Assembly (NCBI GenBank): GCA_030390025.1
Contig: CM059432.1
Location: 26,290,001 to 26,354,000, forward strand
Origin: Squalus acanthias
Taxonomy: Eukaryota
Length of the DNA: 64,000 nucleotides
Direction of reading: 5' to 3'
The position numbers and the translations under genes are program-made. Below the pieces are notes generated by a model, which was not told the origin of the DNA, did no database searches, and was given only the letters and a program-made list of their open reading frames with translations. Shown here one piece after another: positions 61,330-64,000 of the stretch (positions are counted from its first letter, which is position 1; each line of letters opens with the position of its first letter).

Positions 61330-64000
61330 ATTAGTTTTGAGTAATTAGTTTCAAAACTAAAAAGTAACGTTACGGGACAGCAGGTAAGTGATTGGTTGGT
61401 GAGTCTTACCATTGTCTTTTTTCTCTCTAAGTTAGGGCAGTGGGTTAAACAAAAAAGTTTATTTAGTCGTCTATAAATAGAGGTATGGCAGGGAACCTTA
61501 GTCCCGTTGAATGCACATCCTGTGCTATGTGGAAAGTCCAGGACGCTTCTCGTGTCCTGGACAACCACATGTGCAGGAAGTGTCGTCAGCTGGAGGATCT
61601 CGAGCTCCGGGTTTCGGAGCTTGAGCAGCGGCTGGCATCGCTGCAGTGCATCCACGAGGCTGAGAGCTACGTGGAGAGCACATTTTAGGAGGTGGTCACC
61701 CCGCAGCTTAAGAGTGTGCAGGCAGAGAGGGAATGGATGACCGCCAGACAGACAAGGCGAACCAAGCAGGTAGTGCAGGAGTCCCCTGAGTGCATCCTGC
61801 TCTCTAACAGTTCTGAAACCTGGTAAGGGTGATGGTTCCACTGGGAAGTACAGCCAGAGCCAAGTCCACGGCACCACGGGTAGCTCAATTGTACAGGGGG
61901 GGGGGGGGGGGGGGGGGAGGAAGGTTAGAAAAGCAATAGGGGATTCAATAGTTAGGGGAACAGACAGGTGTTGCTGCAGCCGCAGATGTGACTCCATGAT
62001 TGTATGTTGCCTCCCTGGTGCCAGGGTCAAGGATGTCACTGAGTGGCTGCAGAACATTCTGGGCTTGGAGGGTGAACAGCCAGAGGTCATGGTCCATATT
62101 GGCACCAATGACATAGGTAGAAAGAGGGATGAGGTCCTACAGGCAGACTTTAGGGAGCTAGGAAAGAGATTAATAAGCAGGACCTCAAAGGTACTAATCT
62201 TCATATTACACCCGGTGCCACGGGATAATGTGTACAGAAATAGGAGGAGAGAGCAGATGAATGCGTGGCTGGAGAGATGGTGCAGGAGGGAGGGCTATAG
62301 ATTCTTGAGGCATTGGGACCAGTTCTGGGAGAGGTGGGACCTGTACAAGCTGGATGAGTTGCACCTCAACAGGGATGGGATCAATATACTTGCGGGCGGG
62401 GGGTGGGTGGGGGAGGGCGGCGTGGTTGCTAGTGCTATTGGGTAGAGTTTAAACTAGCTTGGCAGGGGGATGGGAACCTGAGCAAAGATTCAGAAGGGAG
62501 AGAAGCAAAGCCGGAAATGGAAGGCAGAAAATTAGTAAGCGAGTTTGGAAGGCAGAGGAAACAAAGGCTAGAAAATAGGCAAGTTTGGCAGTGCTTAATG
62601 GTATATACTTCAATGCAAGGAGTCTAGTGAATAAGGAAAATGAGCTGAGGGCACAGATAAACATGTACAAGTATGATATCATAGCTATTACTGAAATATG
62701 GCTGAAAGAAGGGCAGGAATGGAAGCTCGACATTCCTGATTACAGGGTATTCAGATGAGATAGAGAGGGGGATGAAAAATGAGGGGGGGGTCACAATATT
62801 GGTTAAAGAAACAATTACAGCTGTGAGGCAGGATGATATGTTAGAAGGATTATCAAATGAGGCCATATGGGTTGAACTGAAGAACAAAAATAGGGGCAAT
62901 CACACTGCTGGGAGTGTACTGTAGACCCCCAAACAATCAGAGGGAGATAAAGAGCAAATATGTAGGCAAATTTCTGAGAATTGCAAAAACAATAGGGCAG
63001 TATTAGTAGGAGATTTCAACTATCCTAATATTGACTGGGATAGAATCAGTGTAAAAGGTATAGAGGGCGCAGAATTCTTAACATGCAGTCAGGATAACTT
63101 TTTTAGCCAGTATGTAGGAAGCCCAACAAGAGATGGGACAGTTCTGGACTTAGTTTTAGGGAATGAAACTGGGTAGGTGAAAGGGGTATCAATGGGGGAG
63201 CATTTTGGTGATAGTGATCATAATTCAGTTAGATTTAGCATAGTTATGGAAAAGGACAAAGATAGATCAGGAGTAAGCATTCTCAATTGGGGAAAGGCCA
63301 ATTTTACTAAGCTGAGATGTGATTTAGCAAAAGTGGACTGGAAACAGCTACTTGAAGGTAACTCAGTGTCAGAGCAGTGGGAGGCATTCAAGGAGGAGAT
63401 AGTGAGGGTTCAGAGCAAATATGTTCCCAAAAAGAAAAAAGGTGGGACTCCCAAATCTAGAGCCCCCTGGAAGTCAAGGTGCATACAGGGTAGGATAAGA
63501 CAAAAAAGGGAAGCTTATGTCAGATACTGAGAGCTCAATACGGCAAAAAGCCTAGAGGAGTATAGAAAGTGCAAGGGGTGAAATTAAAAAGGAAATTAGG
63601 AAAGCAAAGAGAGGGCATGAAAAAATATTGGCAAGTAAAATCAAGGATAACCCAAAGATGTTTTATAAATACATAAAGAGCAAGTAACGAAAGAGTCGGG
63701 CCTATTAGAGACCAAAAAGTAACTTGTGTGTGGAGGCAGAAGATGTGGGTCTGGTTTCTAATGAATACTTTGCATCTGTCTTCACAAAAGAGAAGGACGA
63801 TGCAGACATTGTAGTTAAGGAGGAGGTGTGTGAAATATTAGATAGGATAAACATAATGAGAGAGGAAATATTAAGGGGTTTAGCATCTTTGAAAGTAGAT
63901 AAATTGCCAGGCCCGGATGAAATGTATCCCAGGCTTTTAAGAGAAGCAAGAGAGGAAATAGCCGAGGCTCTGACCATCATTTTCCAATCCTCTCTGGCTA
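61330..64000 (+). mobile_element. Decayed CR1 (5' UTR, ORF1, 5' part of ORF2) running off the window
   Basis: MAGNLSPVECTSC...CRKC, VHIGTND, YFNARS, FGDSDHN; many stops and frameshifts. Confidence 0.92.

Overview
Repeat-dominated eukaryotic DNA, most likely a cartilaginous fish (shark), inferred from V-SINE/HE1-like and DeuSINE/SacSINE1-like SINEs, abundant CR1 LINEs and Penelope elements. I could not support any host protein-coding exon. The window holds several CR1 LINEs (one with an open 927-aa ORF2, one full-length copy), two Penelope families with minimal hammerhead ribozymes, internally deleted Harbinger elements, a ~740-bp Harbinger-type MITE family with AAT TSDs, two solo LTRs, a decayed foamy/lokiretrovirus-like gag-pol relic, a 3.9-kb C/T tract and a 36-bp minisatellite. 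Three structures stand out. (1) An 8.9-kb CR1 insertion splits a SINE exactly; its ~4.9-kb 5' region contains two ~2.16-kb tandem units bounded by three copies of a TATA-containing module. (2) A palindromic Penelope insertion has a 15-bp TSD and asymmetric 3' ends. (3) Two ~90-120-bp ribozyme-end insertions each carry a 13-bp TSD. All family assignments are from motif recognition, not database searches.
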